Of a stretch of DNA of 64,000 nucleotides, positions 1 to 13,991 are shown one piece after another. Below the pieces are notes generated by a model. That model ran no database searches. It had not been told where the DNA came from and was given only the letters and a program-made list of their open reading frames with translations. The stretch lies in NCBI GenBank assembly GCA_038496445.1, contig JALMLS010000304.1, positions 496,001 through 560,000 of the forward strand, read 5' to 3'. Made by a program: the position numbers and the translations under genes. The stretch comes from Trichosphaerium sp. ATCC 40318 (taxonomy: Eukaryota > Protista > Tubulinea). Numbering within the stretch: position 1 is the first letter of the stretch; each line of letters opens with the position of its first letter.

Positions 1-93
1 AACTTACTCTCTTCTTGTAGATCGTGTAGCACGAGCGCTATTAGTAACTAACTGTTCGGTCATTGGATCATACTTGAACTTGTGCCTTCTCAT
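1..93 (-). CDS. First exon of a gene running off the window edge (MRRHKFKYDPMTEQLVTNSARATRSTRR...), product unknown
   Basis: ATG at 93 on the minus strand, open frame to a GTAAGT donor at the window edge. Confidence 0.45.
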
Positions 94-262
94 GAGGAAT
101 TTACAGAATGTGATGGCGGTAAAAGAATTTCACTTTATCAAATTTATTTTGATCAAAAAAAGTTGGTTGAGAATTAATCAAAAAAAGAACGAAATTTCGT
201 TTTTTTAGTCATAGTCTTGGTCTTTTATAACTGTTCTCTTTTGCTTTTATTCTTTGTGTTTT

Positions 263-3200
263 TTACTCTTCTTCTACGAAGTAATCGCTAAAGACATCTT
301 TTGCTCGTTTATCAACGGTATTTGATATAGCTTGAACATATTGTGAAAGAAATGGTGATGATGGGTAGTCTTGTTGTGGTTTAACTGTATAAAATTTTGT
401 TGGTACTTTCTTGCCTTTTTTCTGTTTCTAAAAAATGTCGTTAGTGTTATTGCAACCTAAATTGAAACTTTTGTTCTTTTTTTTTTTTGCTTGATGTTGT
501 CAACAATGTACTAACCTTTAACTCGTTCTTTTTCATCATTGATTCAAGAGGGTGTACTTTAGGTTCAAGAGCAGGAGGGTCAAGCTCTCTTCGGCCATTC
601 TCCATGTCATATTTTTTCCATAGTGCTAAAGGTTCCATAACTTTATCAGTTGGTAGTAAATTCGGTAAATCCATAGCATCAACTATCAGAAAATCATTAG
701 AACACGAAACGAAAAAGCAAAAAAAAAAAAAACCCAAAAAAATCGTACGCATGGCGCCTAATTCGGCAACAATCGGGTGATAATGTGTGTGTAATAATGT
801 AAACTCCCATGTAGTAGATGCCATAGGATTACAATGTTCGGGCTCTAAAAAAAGCCGTAAATAAAATAAAAAACCAAGTGTACCAAAAAGAATGTGCTTA
901 AACTTGTTTTTTAAGTGAAAGAAATTGCGAATCATCATGATCGCGCTAAATGATCAAATGTAACTACGCTGTATCATACCATTAGACTCGAATATATACA
1001 CACCAGCATTATTTGTCTCTATTTCGTGCAACTGTTCCAAGGTATTAAAACGCTACAGAGGAATTGTTAATAAAGCGTTTAATCAACCTTAATACTATGT
1101 ACGTACCATTAATAATCGTCTAACAACAGCGAGAAGTCCAATGCAAGCATGAGGAGGGAAATAAAAACATAGCATAATAACACGTTTCAAAAACGCAGCA
1201 GCGCGTACAATCGATAACTAGAGTACACATAAGACCTCTTTCGTTTTCCCAATTGAAATAACAAAAAATTCACGTACGTGTTTTACTTCTGTGAACATGA
1301 GTTTCAAGCACTGTAGTATCAAAGGTGCTGCTACTTGATGCATATCTGTTTTAGGAACAATATCAAAAAGCAAGCTGTAAAATCGCCTGTAGAACTCCCT
1401 CAAGTCGATGTTTAATGCACCGCCTGTTTACAATGTATGGTTAAAATGTACTACTGGATATTATAACTAAAAGGATACATACCTTGTAGCCTTATTACTT
1501 GAAATGCAGCCACCATACAATGCAAGCAACTGATTAGATTGAGTGAGTTTTCTTGTACTAGTCTACGTAGGACATCCATGAGGTTAATAAGCAAGGACAA
1601 GTTGATTAAATGAGAGAATCTACAGCGTGTTAGTGAATGAATGTGGAGTATCACCAATTAAAAAAATAGTACCTTGCTACACCAGCAAGTACAACTGGAA
1701 CAAGCTCTGAACTAGGTTTCTTCTTAAGAATGGAAAAATAAATGAGGAACACCTCTTTAAGTGTCTCAATTTCCTTAAATACAATGTAAGAAGACAACCA
1801 ACAAACCAATGTATTTGAAGATTTGTACGTACACGAACACGTGCTTCTTGTAAGCTTCTTTCAGCTTCCACTTTTTTTAAACCTTTTTGTAACTCCATCT
1901 CTTCTTTGGCAAACTAACATGGTTTTAATTTCAATGTCTCATAGCAAGCAAAACAAAAGAGTCGTACCAGTTTCTTCTTAGATGTCAAATGTCTTATTTT
2001 ACGTTTATTCCAATTAGAACGATGTTCAGGTTGTGTGATATCATCAGACTCTTCCAATTTTTGACGTAGTTTCAGAGCTGTAAGAGGTAGAAGAACTTCC
2101 GGTCGGATTTCGAATTTGGTTTGACGCAGAAGATTCCTTACTGTTCGCACTGCAAATAATGTTGGTCTACCATCTTTGTCGTTACGAAATAGTTGCTTTA
2201 ATCCTATTTGAGCATACTCACTCATCTAGTACTTGTGTTAGCATAGTTGTGTAATGATGGACACTTCAATGAACAGAAGTATACCTGGGAATTCTTTGCG
2301 TTGAGCGCAAAAACAAGAGATTGTGTCAAAAAGTCGGCGTAGTTAAAATAATACTTCTCTGATAGTAGCTCAGCCAAACACTTTGTTGCAACTGCAGGAA
2401 TTGTATTTGGTGGAGCCTAATATATTGTCAGTAAATGAGGACCATTACATGTGATTTTGAAACATCAAAAAAAACCAAAAAAACTAAACGCACATCTGCA
2501 CGGACTGATGAGTGCTTCTGTTTCATACGGTCTAATTAATGCAATTAATATTATATGTACAAACTAATGTAGCAAGGGGAGCCAATGCATGACAAATTAC
2601 GTACATTTAATGACTCCATTAAGACTGTCAATATACTTTCTGTAGTAGAATAATAATTTTTTTTCAGCTTGACGGCGTTTGGAAACTGCACGTGAAAGAT
2701 TATCCTCATCATCTTGAATTCTTATTTTGAAACCAGGTAGAATACTCTTATAAACAAGAAGTTCTGATAAAAGACCCATCTTACTAACAATTTCATCACT
2801 ATCAAGAGCAATATTGCGCAATCTGCCAAGATAATCAAGCTAAAAGGTATGTAAGATACTTGGTTCTAAGTCACAAAAAAAGACACCACGTTACGCCAAT
2901 GTAGCCAAGATCTTCGATCTACTTGGAGACAATATATCACGTACATGTTCTAAGGTTTCTGGTGCTTCTGTAAGAGCCATAGAATATTGTGCAATTAGTC
3001 TCTTCTTAGCTGACACTCTTTGTTCTCTACTTTCGAATTCTTCTTCTTCTACATCAGGTGCTGTGAGTGTCAAGCCAAGTGAACGCGGCTTCTTCATTTT
3101 GCGTGGTACATCCTCGTCATCGGAGTCATCATCGTCGAAGGCTGCAAGGGCAGTCTCTTTTTGAGCTTTTGTAGGACCTTTGCTAAAATACGTATTAATA

Positions 3201-3633
3201 CTCTGCACGCGTAGGGTTTTCTGTTTATGTCATTTGGACGCTTTGTTGGAGAGTTGTCCAGTAAAATGCCAGTATTGATTCATACCCGTCTACATCCATG
3301 TTTTCTATTACTGACACATAATTTCCATGCTCTTTGAAGAATTTCAAGTCATCATCGCCAATTTCAAATTCACTGGCCGGATTCTGTACTACGGTTCTAA
3401 TTTTACCTGCTTCTTCTTTCTCTCCCTGTAAAAACTGTAAATTTATGGAGATAATACTACAGCCTTCTAAAAACGACATATACCTTCGAATATCGCCGTT
3501 TTTTACGTTGTGTGGTCTGTTCCGTGCCATTCACATCTTTTCTTGGTCGTTTCTGCGGATTTCCCTTTCTGTACTTATGCCTAGAACCTTGCGCCTGCTT
3601 GTTTTTGAATTTAATATTACCACTGCGCCTCAT
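263..3633 (-). CDS. NOC3: Nucleolar complex protein 3 (NOC3/CBF-domain), multi-exon; 3' end approximate
   Basis: Spliced peptides LLVYKSILPGFKIR, FSHLINL, GALNIDLREFY and PEHCNPMASTTWEFTLLHTHYHP match NOC3 family motifs; GT-AG introns join the frames. Confidence 0.85.
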
Positions 3634-4314
3634 TGCTAATAGTTGGCTTGCTTATTTGACTTTCGTTGAAAATGATTGTAATGGTCACCAAAAAAAAGAA
3701 AATGTCTTCAACTGAGTTGGTTCTGCAACATATGTTGGCCTTTTTCAGTGGCAGAGAATTGGTAGTCATGAGGTTGCTAACGAAACGTACTCAGCACGTT
3801 GTAGGACTCCAAAAAGCACGTGAATGCAGGTGAGACACTAGCTAATATAAACTATTTACTGTAACAACAGACATTTGTTGTTTGTGCAACAATGCCATCA
3901 GGTTATAATATCTATTTGTGTGCTTAGAACACTGTGAACTCGTACGGTAACTTATAATCTATTGCATTTGCAAATACGTACCTACCTTGTTTTGTGTTCA
4001 ATAAACTCAATCACGTGCTAGAAGCATTACTCCACGATAATGAACTCAAGTTTGTTGAGTACAAAACTCGACAGAGTTAGCTATAGCGCCAAAGCGCCGT
4101 ATATTAGAAGTGCAAACAATCGGTTTAGCCACCAGTACATTCGAAAACAAGAATTGATTGGACTGACACTTTATTGTACGCAACGTGGTTTGTCGCCAAC
4201 GTATGAGCTCAGCCTTTTAGTCTTAGTAAACTCACGCCTGGCATATTACAGAACAGAGGGAACAAATCACTAAACAGATAAACATCAGAAAGTACGCGTA
4301 AAGCAACTACAAAC

Positions 4315-5655
4315 ATGGCGCAGGACCAGAAACACTCAAATAATAATATGCAAAGTAATTACGAGCCACCTCCACCCCATGTCGAAGTACGCTTGTAAAT
4401 CGACTACTCTGAGCGTAACACCGCGTTAGGAGAAGATATTATTGCATTGGCGTAAACTTATACCAAACAGCCTGACTGCGCTGGCCATTGTAGCAGGCAT
4501 GTCAGCGCTTTTCGTAGCGCTTGAAGGGGAATTCAGATATCCTTTTAAACACCATTTCGCCACATTTTTTACCGGTATTAACAGTTCGTGTACAAAGCGT
4601 CACGACGCCTAATTTCCTTAACAAACGTACATGGGCAGTTTTTCTGACATTCCTGGCAGCAGTACTTGATGGAGCTGATGGACCAGCAGCTAGATACCTA
4701 AACGTACGCTTGCATGATAATTAGATGCATAAATAATAACTGTAATAGGGTGCTAGTCGATTTGGTGCTGAGCTAGACTCATTAGCAGGTACACCTCATA
4801 TTCCAAAATAACTGAAAAACGACCTCATTTCTGATGTTGTATTAGATTATGCCAACTTTGGCGTTACGCCTGCATTTGTAATTTATTTATGGAAAAAGGA
4901 AATGGTTCCTATCCATTGGTGGGGATCTATATGTGTGCTATATGCTGTAGCAATGGCATGTAGGCTTGCAAGGTACACTACACTATGTTTAAACAGTTTA
5001 ATTTTTCTTTTGATTGAAACGTTTTGAAATGAGGCCTTAATTTATAACAAACCTCTTAGGTTCAATGCTGGAATTGATTTTAATGCAAGCGAGGCAACGA
5101 TGATTTTTTTTATGGGCGTCCCAGCACCTGCAGGTAAAAACAAAAAAAACACAATGAGTGTTGACTTATATTGATTTCCTATTTTAGCTGCTATGCTTGC
5201 AACATTTCCTCTTTGTCTTGAATTTTTAAATCTATTACATGGTGGAATTTTAGGAGATATTAGATTCCTTACACTATACTACATATTTGTTTCTTGGTAC
5301 GTACAACGCAACATTGCTCAATTTGAAAAAAAAAATTTGACAATCTTCTGAGCGGTTTTGTAATGCGCTCGATGGTTTGTGGTTAACATAAATTTTCAGG
5401 TTGGTAATTTCTGAAATCCCTACATTCTCGTCTAAAGCCGTCAAGCATAAATTTTTTAAAGAGAACCCAGTATACTTATATGGATGTGTTGTGATACCTG
5501 GTTTGGCTTTTTTTGTTGGACTTTGGTATCATTTTTGGCTATTTATGGTTATCGGAAATGTCATTTATCTTGGTCTAATTCCAGTATCTGCATGGACTTT
5601 TCATGTATTACAGAATAGACCAAAAACACCACGTAATAACAATAATAGACACTAA
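4315..5655 (+). CDS. pssA: CDP-diacylglycerol--serine O-phosphatidyltransferase (PssA/CHO1 type), multi-exon, includes an AT-AC intron
   Basis: LIPNSLT, the CDP-alcohol phosphotransferase motif DGADGPAARYLN..SRFGAELDSLAD, RLARFN and FFMGVPAPA. Confidence 0.88.
4537..4630 (+). other. U12-type (minor spliceosome) AT-AC intron
   Basis: 5' ATATCCTTTT, branch TTTCCTTAAC at 4613-4622, 3' AC; removal restores the frame EGEFR-WAVFLTFLAAVLDG. Confidence 0.92.
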
Positions 5656-6120
5656 AAAAATCCAAACCTAATTCATTATGTATGCAAAGAAACGTTTAAT
5701 AATAAAAGGAAAAAAAATTGTAAAGTATTAAAGATTGTAGTCACTTTTTTGTCCTGTTCCAAAGATCTAGTCCAATAGTGACGTAAATCTTTTGTTGTAC
5801 AGTGTACGAGTGGCAAGTTCTATTTGAAAATTTGACATATAATTACCAAAATGTCAGTGAAGGCACTATCAGCAAGAGTCGACGTGAATTGAACAAAGAC
5901 AATTTTTCATGAAATCGACAGCATCTCATGTACCTATTAGCTGGTACAACAATATCAACTGTTCTAAGTGTTTCTATTGACATCGTTCACGACAGACTTC
6001 TTCTGACACATGACAATAAAAAAAACCCACAGCAAAATGACTCGAGTCATTTTAAATAAGTTCACAAAACCCACAATTTTTCATTTGGTATCGTAATCTC
6101 CTCCAGCCCAAACAGGCATA

Positions 6121-6950
6121 TTATTCACAAGGATAGAGGTTTTTTATAAGTACAGTATTTACAAGGCTATTTACATTGAAAATCAGTTCAAGTTTCATTT
6201 TAAGAGCAAGGACTTGGTCCGCCTGATAACAATGGTAAGGCACTGGCGTTAACTATAGTTTTTAAACGTACGTAGAGCGAGTAACGGTTTTGGTAAAGAA
6301 CCACAGCTGCCCAAAGCAGGTTTCATGCTATTACCGAGGTCCACCAAGCAAGCAATGCTAAGCTTTTCAAGGTTGCTTAGTTTTTTTGGCGCTCCCCAGA
6401 CCTTTGCTTTTTCAGATAGCTTCGGTTCAGAAACGGTTTCAATCTCCATTTCAGACTCGCTGCAACTATTAAAGAGTTAGTATTTACGTACAGAGATTTT
6501 TTAGTTCACAGAAGGCATAACGCTATTAAAACACTAATGTACCTGTTGCTATCGCAAGAATCGTCGTCTGAGTTTGAGTTGGGAAGAATTCCACTAGATT
6601 TTTCGCGCATGACTTCAGTGACTGTTGCGACAAGTCTTAGCCGTTTCAAAATACGGCTCTCAATAGATTCACGGCTGATTCGTGCTACTTTTCGCTTGAG
6701 TGATAAGTGTTTTACCCCAGTCTGCTCCGACGTAAATAGCTTACGCGATGCTGATACTGCGCCAGTTGATGCAGACACCTATATAGCTGATAAGTAATTT
6801 ATTGGGGAAACGTTACAACACTCTTTTTTGTAAACTCGCAATATTGATATTGTTCGTACCTTTCGTTGGCGACAGCTGCGTACAGCTCTTGAAGAAACAG
6901 ATTCGACGCGTTTTGGTACCGACGTAACTGCTCTTGCTTGTTTACTCATT
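6121..6950 (-). CDS. Hypothetical Ser/basic-rich protein, about 4 exons; 3' end uncertain
   Basis: ATG near 6950 (MSKQARAVTSVPKR...), GTACG donors linking ORFs 6506..6778 and 6249..6449; no recognised domain. Confidence 0.5.
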
Positions 6951-7403
6951 GTTATGAATGATGCTCTGTGTGAGGGCTTCGGTCACGTTGTTGTTTGTTG
7001 TTAGTAGTGAACTTATAATTTTTAACCGCAAAAAAAAATCACCCAGAAGCCGATGGACTTCGTTCTACAACTCGCAAAGTCTCAAAGTCTCTTACACCAC
7101 CTGCTGCGGTACACTCTTACTACCAATCATCGATCACTCCCGCGTTTTCAAAATATCGTTAATAGTTGTCAAAAAAAAGCGTTACCGATCCCATCACTCC
7201 ATTAGCGTGGTTCTATTACGATATATACCACTTTTCACAAGAATTGTACGAACTTGGCGTCATAACACTTTCTAAAACAGCATATTTTTTGCATCACGTG
7301 TAAAACTGCACTACTCGTTGGTACGAATACAACTCAGCGCAATGATAGCCCCAAAAGCTGTTTTTATTCATTTTATTCATTTTTCTTTAAATCCCTTTTT
7401 GCT

Positions 7404-10400
7404 CTATTCGAGCTTTGTTACTTTCCTTAATAATGAGGCAACATTCCAGCCTGTAGGCTTTCTTCCCAAAAATTGTTCGAAGCGGTTAAATGTCTCCGCT
7501 ACTGAGTATTCATTAGCGAATAGCGTGGTTCTAAATTTCGTAGAGAGCTGCTCAAGTGCAGGAGATTTCTCGAAACCGACTTTCTAGAGGACAAAGCGTT
7601 AGAAACTAGTTTTAAATTCAAAAAAATTGTCGGGGTCTTTTTTTTCCTTTTGCGTTTATCGTACCGTAAACTCCGCTACGCAATCCAGTGCCTAAGTTGA
7701 AGGGTTAGACGATTAAAAGACAGTGTGTGGTTATTTTTAAAGCAAAAACAACTTACCATCATTTTATTTAGTGCATACTCGTAGTACCGCCCGTCACCAT
7801 TCTTTCCCAAAGTAAAAATATGGTGAAATGCATTTAGCATACAATCGTTGTCTTTTGGGTAATTTTTCAAGCAAGAGTATTTTCTTTGTATTTCTCGTTG
7901 CTTTTCATAAACATCATTTCTATCAGGATCAATACTGTGTATGCCCAAATCTATGAGTGCGTTCACTACATCCTCCAAAAGTAATGATGCTTCTCTAAAA
8001 AAAGAATACATGTCAGTACAAAGTGTTGGCAAACAAGTAGTTATTTAGAAATTCTGTTTGTTTGGTTTGCGAAAAAAGTTTGTACCTGAAGTTTTCTATT
8101 TGCGCCATTTTTTCTACTTGTTGCGTTGTTAATGGTTTCCCTGTCTTAATACTCTTTGAAAAAAATTGTAAAACACGTGGATCCCTTGTCAGCTCTTCAA
8201 AGAACAAACTTGGGAACTCTGCAAACTTTCTAGTACACAAGCCATCTACAATGTGTCAAACAAGATACAACATTTTTACCCCTATCAACAAACTTGTAAC
8301 TTACATGGTGAAAGCACGTGTTGTAGAGAGTGTCCGAATTCGTGCATGATATCTTCGAGCTGTGATAGAGCCACTATAGTTGGTGGTTCATCTTCTGAAG
8401 GTTCTGCGTTGCCGGCTGTCATAGCTTCACCCCTTTCGCACTTTATTAGCTAATAACTAAGTGTACTATTAAAGTACCCAATGGCGAATATAGCAACTGG
8501 TATGCGCGCTCCGTTAACCTGTTTGATTAAAAGTTAGAAGAAGAAGGAAGAAATAATGTACCGATGAATAAATGGGAAGCATCCATTCACCTGGACTCTT
8601 TGTGGACCGGCTGTACGGATCGAAAAATATTCTACCCAGTAATGAACCATCTTTTTCTTTAACATCGAAAAGTTGTACAGTTGGATGCCAAAATTCGCGC
8701 ACTATATCGCTCTTGCATATCTAGGAATATAGTAATGAGTAATTACAACTCATTTCATGTGCTTCGAGGACTACTTTTTTTGCATACCTCAATATTAAAT
8801 ATTATTGATCCAAACTCTAACAGTTGTTTTACTACGTGATCAATTGGGAAGTAATCCATGATACGAGGTGCATCAGGACCCCTTTTTATTGCAGCGTATA
8901 CTTCTGTTAAGTAAGGGACATCCCAAGGCTCTAAATCACCTCTGAGAAGACCTTGTTGTTTACCAAAGTTCTAGAAAAAGACGTTAGAGAAAAGCAATTT
9001 AAATTGAAATAAATCGATAAACAATTCCTTTACTATTTTCTCTACGTACTTCCAACACCTCCATTTCTCGCTTAGCGGTAGGTACAAGGGACTAAAATTA
9101 TTAATTAGCAAAATAAGATGCATTGTTTCTTAATACCTCAGCTAGACCAGTTAGACATTGCACAACTTGATCTAGATTATAAGGTGACATATATTCAGCG
9201 TATGACTTGCAACGAAGTTCTGTAGCGAATGTATATCTATTTGATAGAACTGTTCTGACATTGACAGTGTTATCATGGACAGTTTCTAAAAAGCATAAAG
9301 TGAGTTTGTAAACCAAAAAAAAACTGTGAATATTTAGTTGGTGTACCTTTGCCACAACGAGATATTGACTTCATGTAGATTTCTTGTCTTAGTTTTCTGT
9401 TTGGGATTGTTTGTAATGCAAGACCTACATCTCTATCTTCCATTGATATCAACCACGGACCTTGATATAACATTAGTCGAAAAGAAAAAGTGACTTTGTT
9501 TTACCTTGTTCCAAGTTGTCTTGGGTAAGAGTCTCTTGATCTGTAAGTCTATCGTATGAATCTCTAAAGTAATTTTTGGCAGATACAGGAACACCTGGGA
9601 AATTCAGTTTCATTAATTAACTGGTTTTAATTACCTGAAAGGAGGTGTCCATCCAACACAGATACATATTCGTTTACCATCTTGATTAGTTATTTTTAGT
9701 CAAACAGAATATAAGTTGTAGTATTTATTACCTTCTCGTAGTTCTCTTGATAATTAACAAGATGCGGTTCAATAATCAGGGAAAGCATTTTGCTTAGCTT
9801 TTCATCGCGAGGTTTTCTAGTTTGCTCTAAGTGGTCCTCTACTAGCATTTTTTGACTCTCTGGGAGAGACTCAAAATGTGTGGAATTTGCCAATTCGAGT
9901 AGTTTCTATATTCTTTAGTTAGAAATTACTCATTATTACACCCTAAACATGCCTTGTGCAATCTATCAGAGGATATTCGGTCATATTCTAGCTTTGTAAC
10001 CGCTTCCATGTATTTTTTTTCCTCCTGCATCCATTGATCGCTTGATTTAAGGTCAGAAACAACTGCGATAGGATTCCATAGCTAGATGAATAAATAAGCA
10101 TTTAATCTGTTGAGATTTGTTAGGACACGTTGGTTGCTAATTCAACGCCTTTTTGTATAGGTCTTACCCTGTCAATCAAGGCAATACATTCTTCTAAGCA
10201 TTGTGCGGATTCTACAACGTGCGTTTTGGAGTGTTTGGCGAGGGAAAGATGTGCCATGTATGCATTGGTTAGATACGCTACCTGCACGAGTATTGAATAG
10301 ATAATTCAGTTAGCGCGTTGCGTACGGCAGGGCCAATGTGGCGAGGTTCTAATTTGTTAAAATCCGGCAACCCAAGTCCTGGAATCAATTCTACTATTGG

Positions 10401-10629
10401 GTTGTCGTTGCATACCAAGTCGTTCTCTATTTTGGTAAGCGTTTCTTCGGACTGCACTTGGCGCTTTCTTTTGCTATACCTACGCGACAAATATCGCCGT
10501 GGGGCTTGCGCGCGTATGGTATTTGTACATTGTACCACCTATGCCAAATTATAAGTTTACACATCAATTGTTTGCGGAAAAGCAACGTACTGGCGTAGTG
10601 CGCCCACTTTTAACTAACAGAGCTCGCAT
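7404..10629 (-). CDS. M3-family metallo-oligopeptidase (oligopeptidase A-like) with an Arg-rich, probably mitochondrial presequence
   Basis: HEFGH zinc motif near 8330, FWHPTVQLF, FFDPYSRSTKSPGEWM, FAEFPS, AFHHIF; many small introns. Confidence 0.85.
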
Positions 10630-10769
10630 ACTAATGGTCAACCCTTAAATGCCTAGGAAATGGTGTTTTACGTAGGAGAAACCGTGGAGAACGCGCAAGG
10701 CAGCAAATATTTACCAAACTACACCAGAAGTGAAGTCAACAACATTTCTCGAGTATTTAAATCAAGACA

Positions 10770-11538
10770 ATGTTTGCACACAAGTGCAGGCTCGCTTTTA
10801 CCAGACAAGCACGCTCAAATGGGTTAGTTACACGTAGCACAGTTGCTAGCAGCCAAAAAAAAGGTAATTTAGAACCAAAATTGTAGATGGTTAACGAAGC
10901 GTTAGTCGTTGTACGACTATGTACTGGCTCTGGGTTGCCACAACTAGAAAATTTTCGCAGAGAACGCATGTGTACAGTTGCTGACGCTTATTCTGCTGTA
11001 TTGGGCCACACATACCCGGTAACTATACTATGGTGGTTCTTTTTAATGTTTCTAACAAAACCACAGCTCTTCCTTGACCCACGACCAGAAACAGAGTTTA
11101 AACATTACCACACATGCGGCGCATGCAACGTCCCACCAGAGATGCTTGAATCACCAGAAATCCACACTGTACGCTCAATAGCTCGTTGTACAAGTCAAAT
11201 AATTTGTTTTTACACCCAAATAGTTGCCGCGAACAATAGAGCGTCCAATCTTTATTACCATCGGTCAAACAGACCAAGATCATGTGCTAGCTAATAAACT
11301 AGCTGATAAGCTAGAATCGTTGGGCTACCCTAAGATTTGGTGCGTGATTTTGTTGTAAATGAACCTCGTGTGCCTTCATTAATACGTCTCCAGGGTTATT
11401 GACGAGGATATTGACGCGATGGTCACTCAAGGATTTATGTATTACAAAGACGTTGGTAAAGAGGTTAAAGAAATGCTTGACGATCCAACAGGCGAAAAAG
11501 AGGCTGCCAAGAAAGCAGAAGAAGCAAAAAACAAGTAA
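10770..11538 (+). CDS. Rhodanese-like single-domain protein with a putative mitochondrial presequence
   Basis: Spliced frame MFAHKCRLAFTRQARS..., LFLDPRPETEFKHYHTCGACNVP (rhodanese D-R..EF..H..GA.N.P pattern), ...LESLGYPKI. Confidence 0.6.
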
Positions 11539-11980
11539 AAAAGAAAACACCAGAAAAAACAAAAAAATCACAGCAGCTTGATACAACAACTATGCACACT
11601 ACATATACAAGATATATATACGCACATCAATTGTATTTTTATGAACATAGCAGTATAAGTTTCGTACCTGTTTTATTTCATTATGCGCCAGAATACGATG
11701 AGAAAGTCTCAAAGTGTACAAACTTTTTTTTTTTCGGGTTTTGACTCAATTACTTGCACTGAGTTCTTATCACATGCCTGGAGTATGAAAGATTGGCATT
11801 ACTGTAGCGTTAGCCTTACTTTTTTTCTTTGTTTCTTTGACAGAAACTAGACTTCCCACGTGCAACATTACAAATGTCTTTATTTTGTAGCGTCGATTCA
11901 TACATTTATTTACAGTTTTTTCTTGATTTGAATAGCTAATTTCTGGCTTGTTGATTCTCATAATTAGTAAAAAATTGCAG

Positions 11981-13661
11981 TTACACAACTGCTTTAAGTA
12001 TAGGATACCGTGTGCGTACAGCCTAGTTAAATTGTTAGCGAGAGTAGTCAATAAACAAATGTGTACTTGTTGAAGCAAGAAAAGAGTTAGACTTATTGAC
12101 ACTAATGAACCTGCTTGATGTGATGCCGCCAGAGGCGTAGGTACAAGCCATAGTAGTGTAGCTACGCCTAAAGAAGCTTGTATCCATCCCATAGCTCCAA
12201 GCAGATTCATGGCGATCCTCGCTTGAGGTGGTAGAGGCAAGTATCTACTGTATAACCATAAACTTGATACAGCTGCAACACTTGTAACTCCCTATGAAAA
12301 GTGTAAGTGTTAAGTCTTCACACAGTAGGTACGTACAAGTACGCGATGGTTAAATTGTACGGCAGCACCATTTTCAAACATGTTACGCCACATTGGCGTC
12401 ATTTCTGAGTACTCTTCTGGTACAATTGTGTCGCCCATGTAAGGGAAAGTATTGTACATTAAACCAGCGTCTAACCCAGCTACAAAAGCGCCTATGCATT
12501 TTTCAGAATTCCGTATGAATTTGATATATTACCTGCTATCGCTGTAGTGAATAGTAATCCGAAAACACCCGTAGAAGCACTATTTTTTGGGTAAGTTAAT
12601 ATCCAAGAACGTTGTGTGCTTACGCAATAAAGGTGCGTGGCAGTGCCACTGCGGCTGTGGAAAGAACTGCCCGAGGCCACAAAGATAGGCCTGTCCAAAG
12701 CAGTCCACTATATATTGTAAAGGCACTTCCAAGGTGCAACGCTAGGCGGTACTAATATTACTGTCATCAAACAAATCTAAACAAGAAGCCAAACCTGCGA
12801 AACTCGCGGATAAAATCCCTTGTCCATGTCATCTCGCAAGCCACTCTTTACCATCCACCAGCCTATAACACCCTAGAATAGCATTATTACATACAACTAA
12901 TGATATAATACCCACCTGCATACCGCCCAAGGCGAATAATCCAGCGAGTTTTGGTAATAGAGAGCCTCTGATCTTCCCTCGAGCTAAAAAGTACAAAAAT
13001 GGGACCTACGCTCTTGTCATTTACCTTCCATTGTACGTTAAATGCGTACACCAAATACAACTCCAACACCACGCGCTAGGATGCGATGAAACCATTCCCA
13101 GAAGAAAATACGCTTAAACTCTGAAAGGGTCATCCAAGGAAATAGCCTGTTAAAAAATCAGCAATCAATTTGTGGAAAAAAGGTCAGGACTTTTTGTATT
13201 GGTCGTATTGTTTGTATCTGTCAAATTCTTCTTCCCACTCCTCTTCGGTGGTAGGTGGCATTAGCGATAATGGTTTCCATTGTACCTACAAATGCGTAAA
13301 TGATGGAAAGTATTTGAAATAAACTGTACCATGCTTAATCCGCTATCAGTAAGTCTGGTGATACCCCCAACGACTAGTTTCGTAAGTAAACCGTAATTTA
13401 AAAAATTTTCGTACCTACTATGCCAAATACGCATCCAGCGGATAATAGGAGCCATGAACTCATAGAACGGGATTGAATTGGCGCTGTATCTCTTCGTACT
13501 TGTTGTTTGCAGTATGATTTGTTGTTTCGGTCATTTTTATGCCATTTACTAGCGCCATTTAAGAAACAGTAACGGAAAAACATTGAAGCGATTAGTACTT
13601 ACGTCCTTTGTGCGTAACACACTTGGTTTGTTCGCGTACCACGCTTTAAGAAGCGTATCAT
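11981..13661 (-). CDS. COX15: Heme A synthase COX15
   Basis: [69 protein letters not shown]. Confidence 0.93.
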
Positions 13662-13730
13662 CTTATTCTTAGGTTACAATGCCACTTAATCGTTTTAGTG
13701 CATAAGTTGCTCATTGTCAATTCAGGAAAC

Positions 13731-13991
13731 ATGTCACGTGCTTCTTTCCGTGAACCAAGCCAATTGCAAAATGGATGGCTAGGTCGGAAATCCTTTGGTA
13801 AGTTGTCGATGCGCGAATTGTCGTGTGTCGCAGTAGTTTCGAAAAGAGCGTACCACGATGTGGAAAGAAAACCAAAAGAACAATTGCACTGTTTTTTGTT
13901 TCGAATTGGATACGAAGGTACGTCCAATGCTCAGGCCTGAGATGTAGTCGTAGCTGGATGGCGCACCTGTATAAGTACTTGTAATGAATAA
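13731..13991 (+). CDS. Possible small two-intron gene, unknown product
   Basis: GTAAGT...TAG and GTACGT...TAG intron-like segments can be removed to leave a short open frame; reading frame ambiguous. Confidence 0.25.

Noticed and set aside
845-978. Longer NOC3 intron with ATGATGA, a possible box C/D snoRNA
   Set aside because: No downstream box D (CTGA) or terminal stem within the intron
1425-1482. GTATCCTTTT (U12-like donor) within a NOC3 intron
   Set aside because: It lies 4 nt inside a normal GTATGT donor whose use preserves the frame, and there is no TCCTTAAC branch
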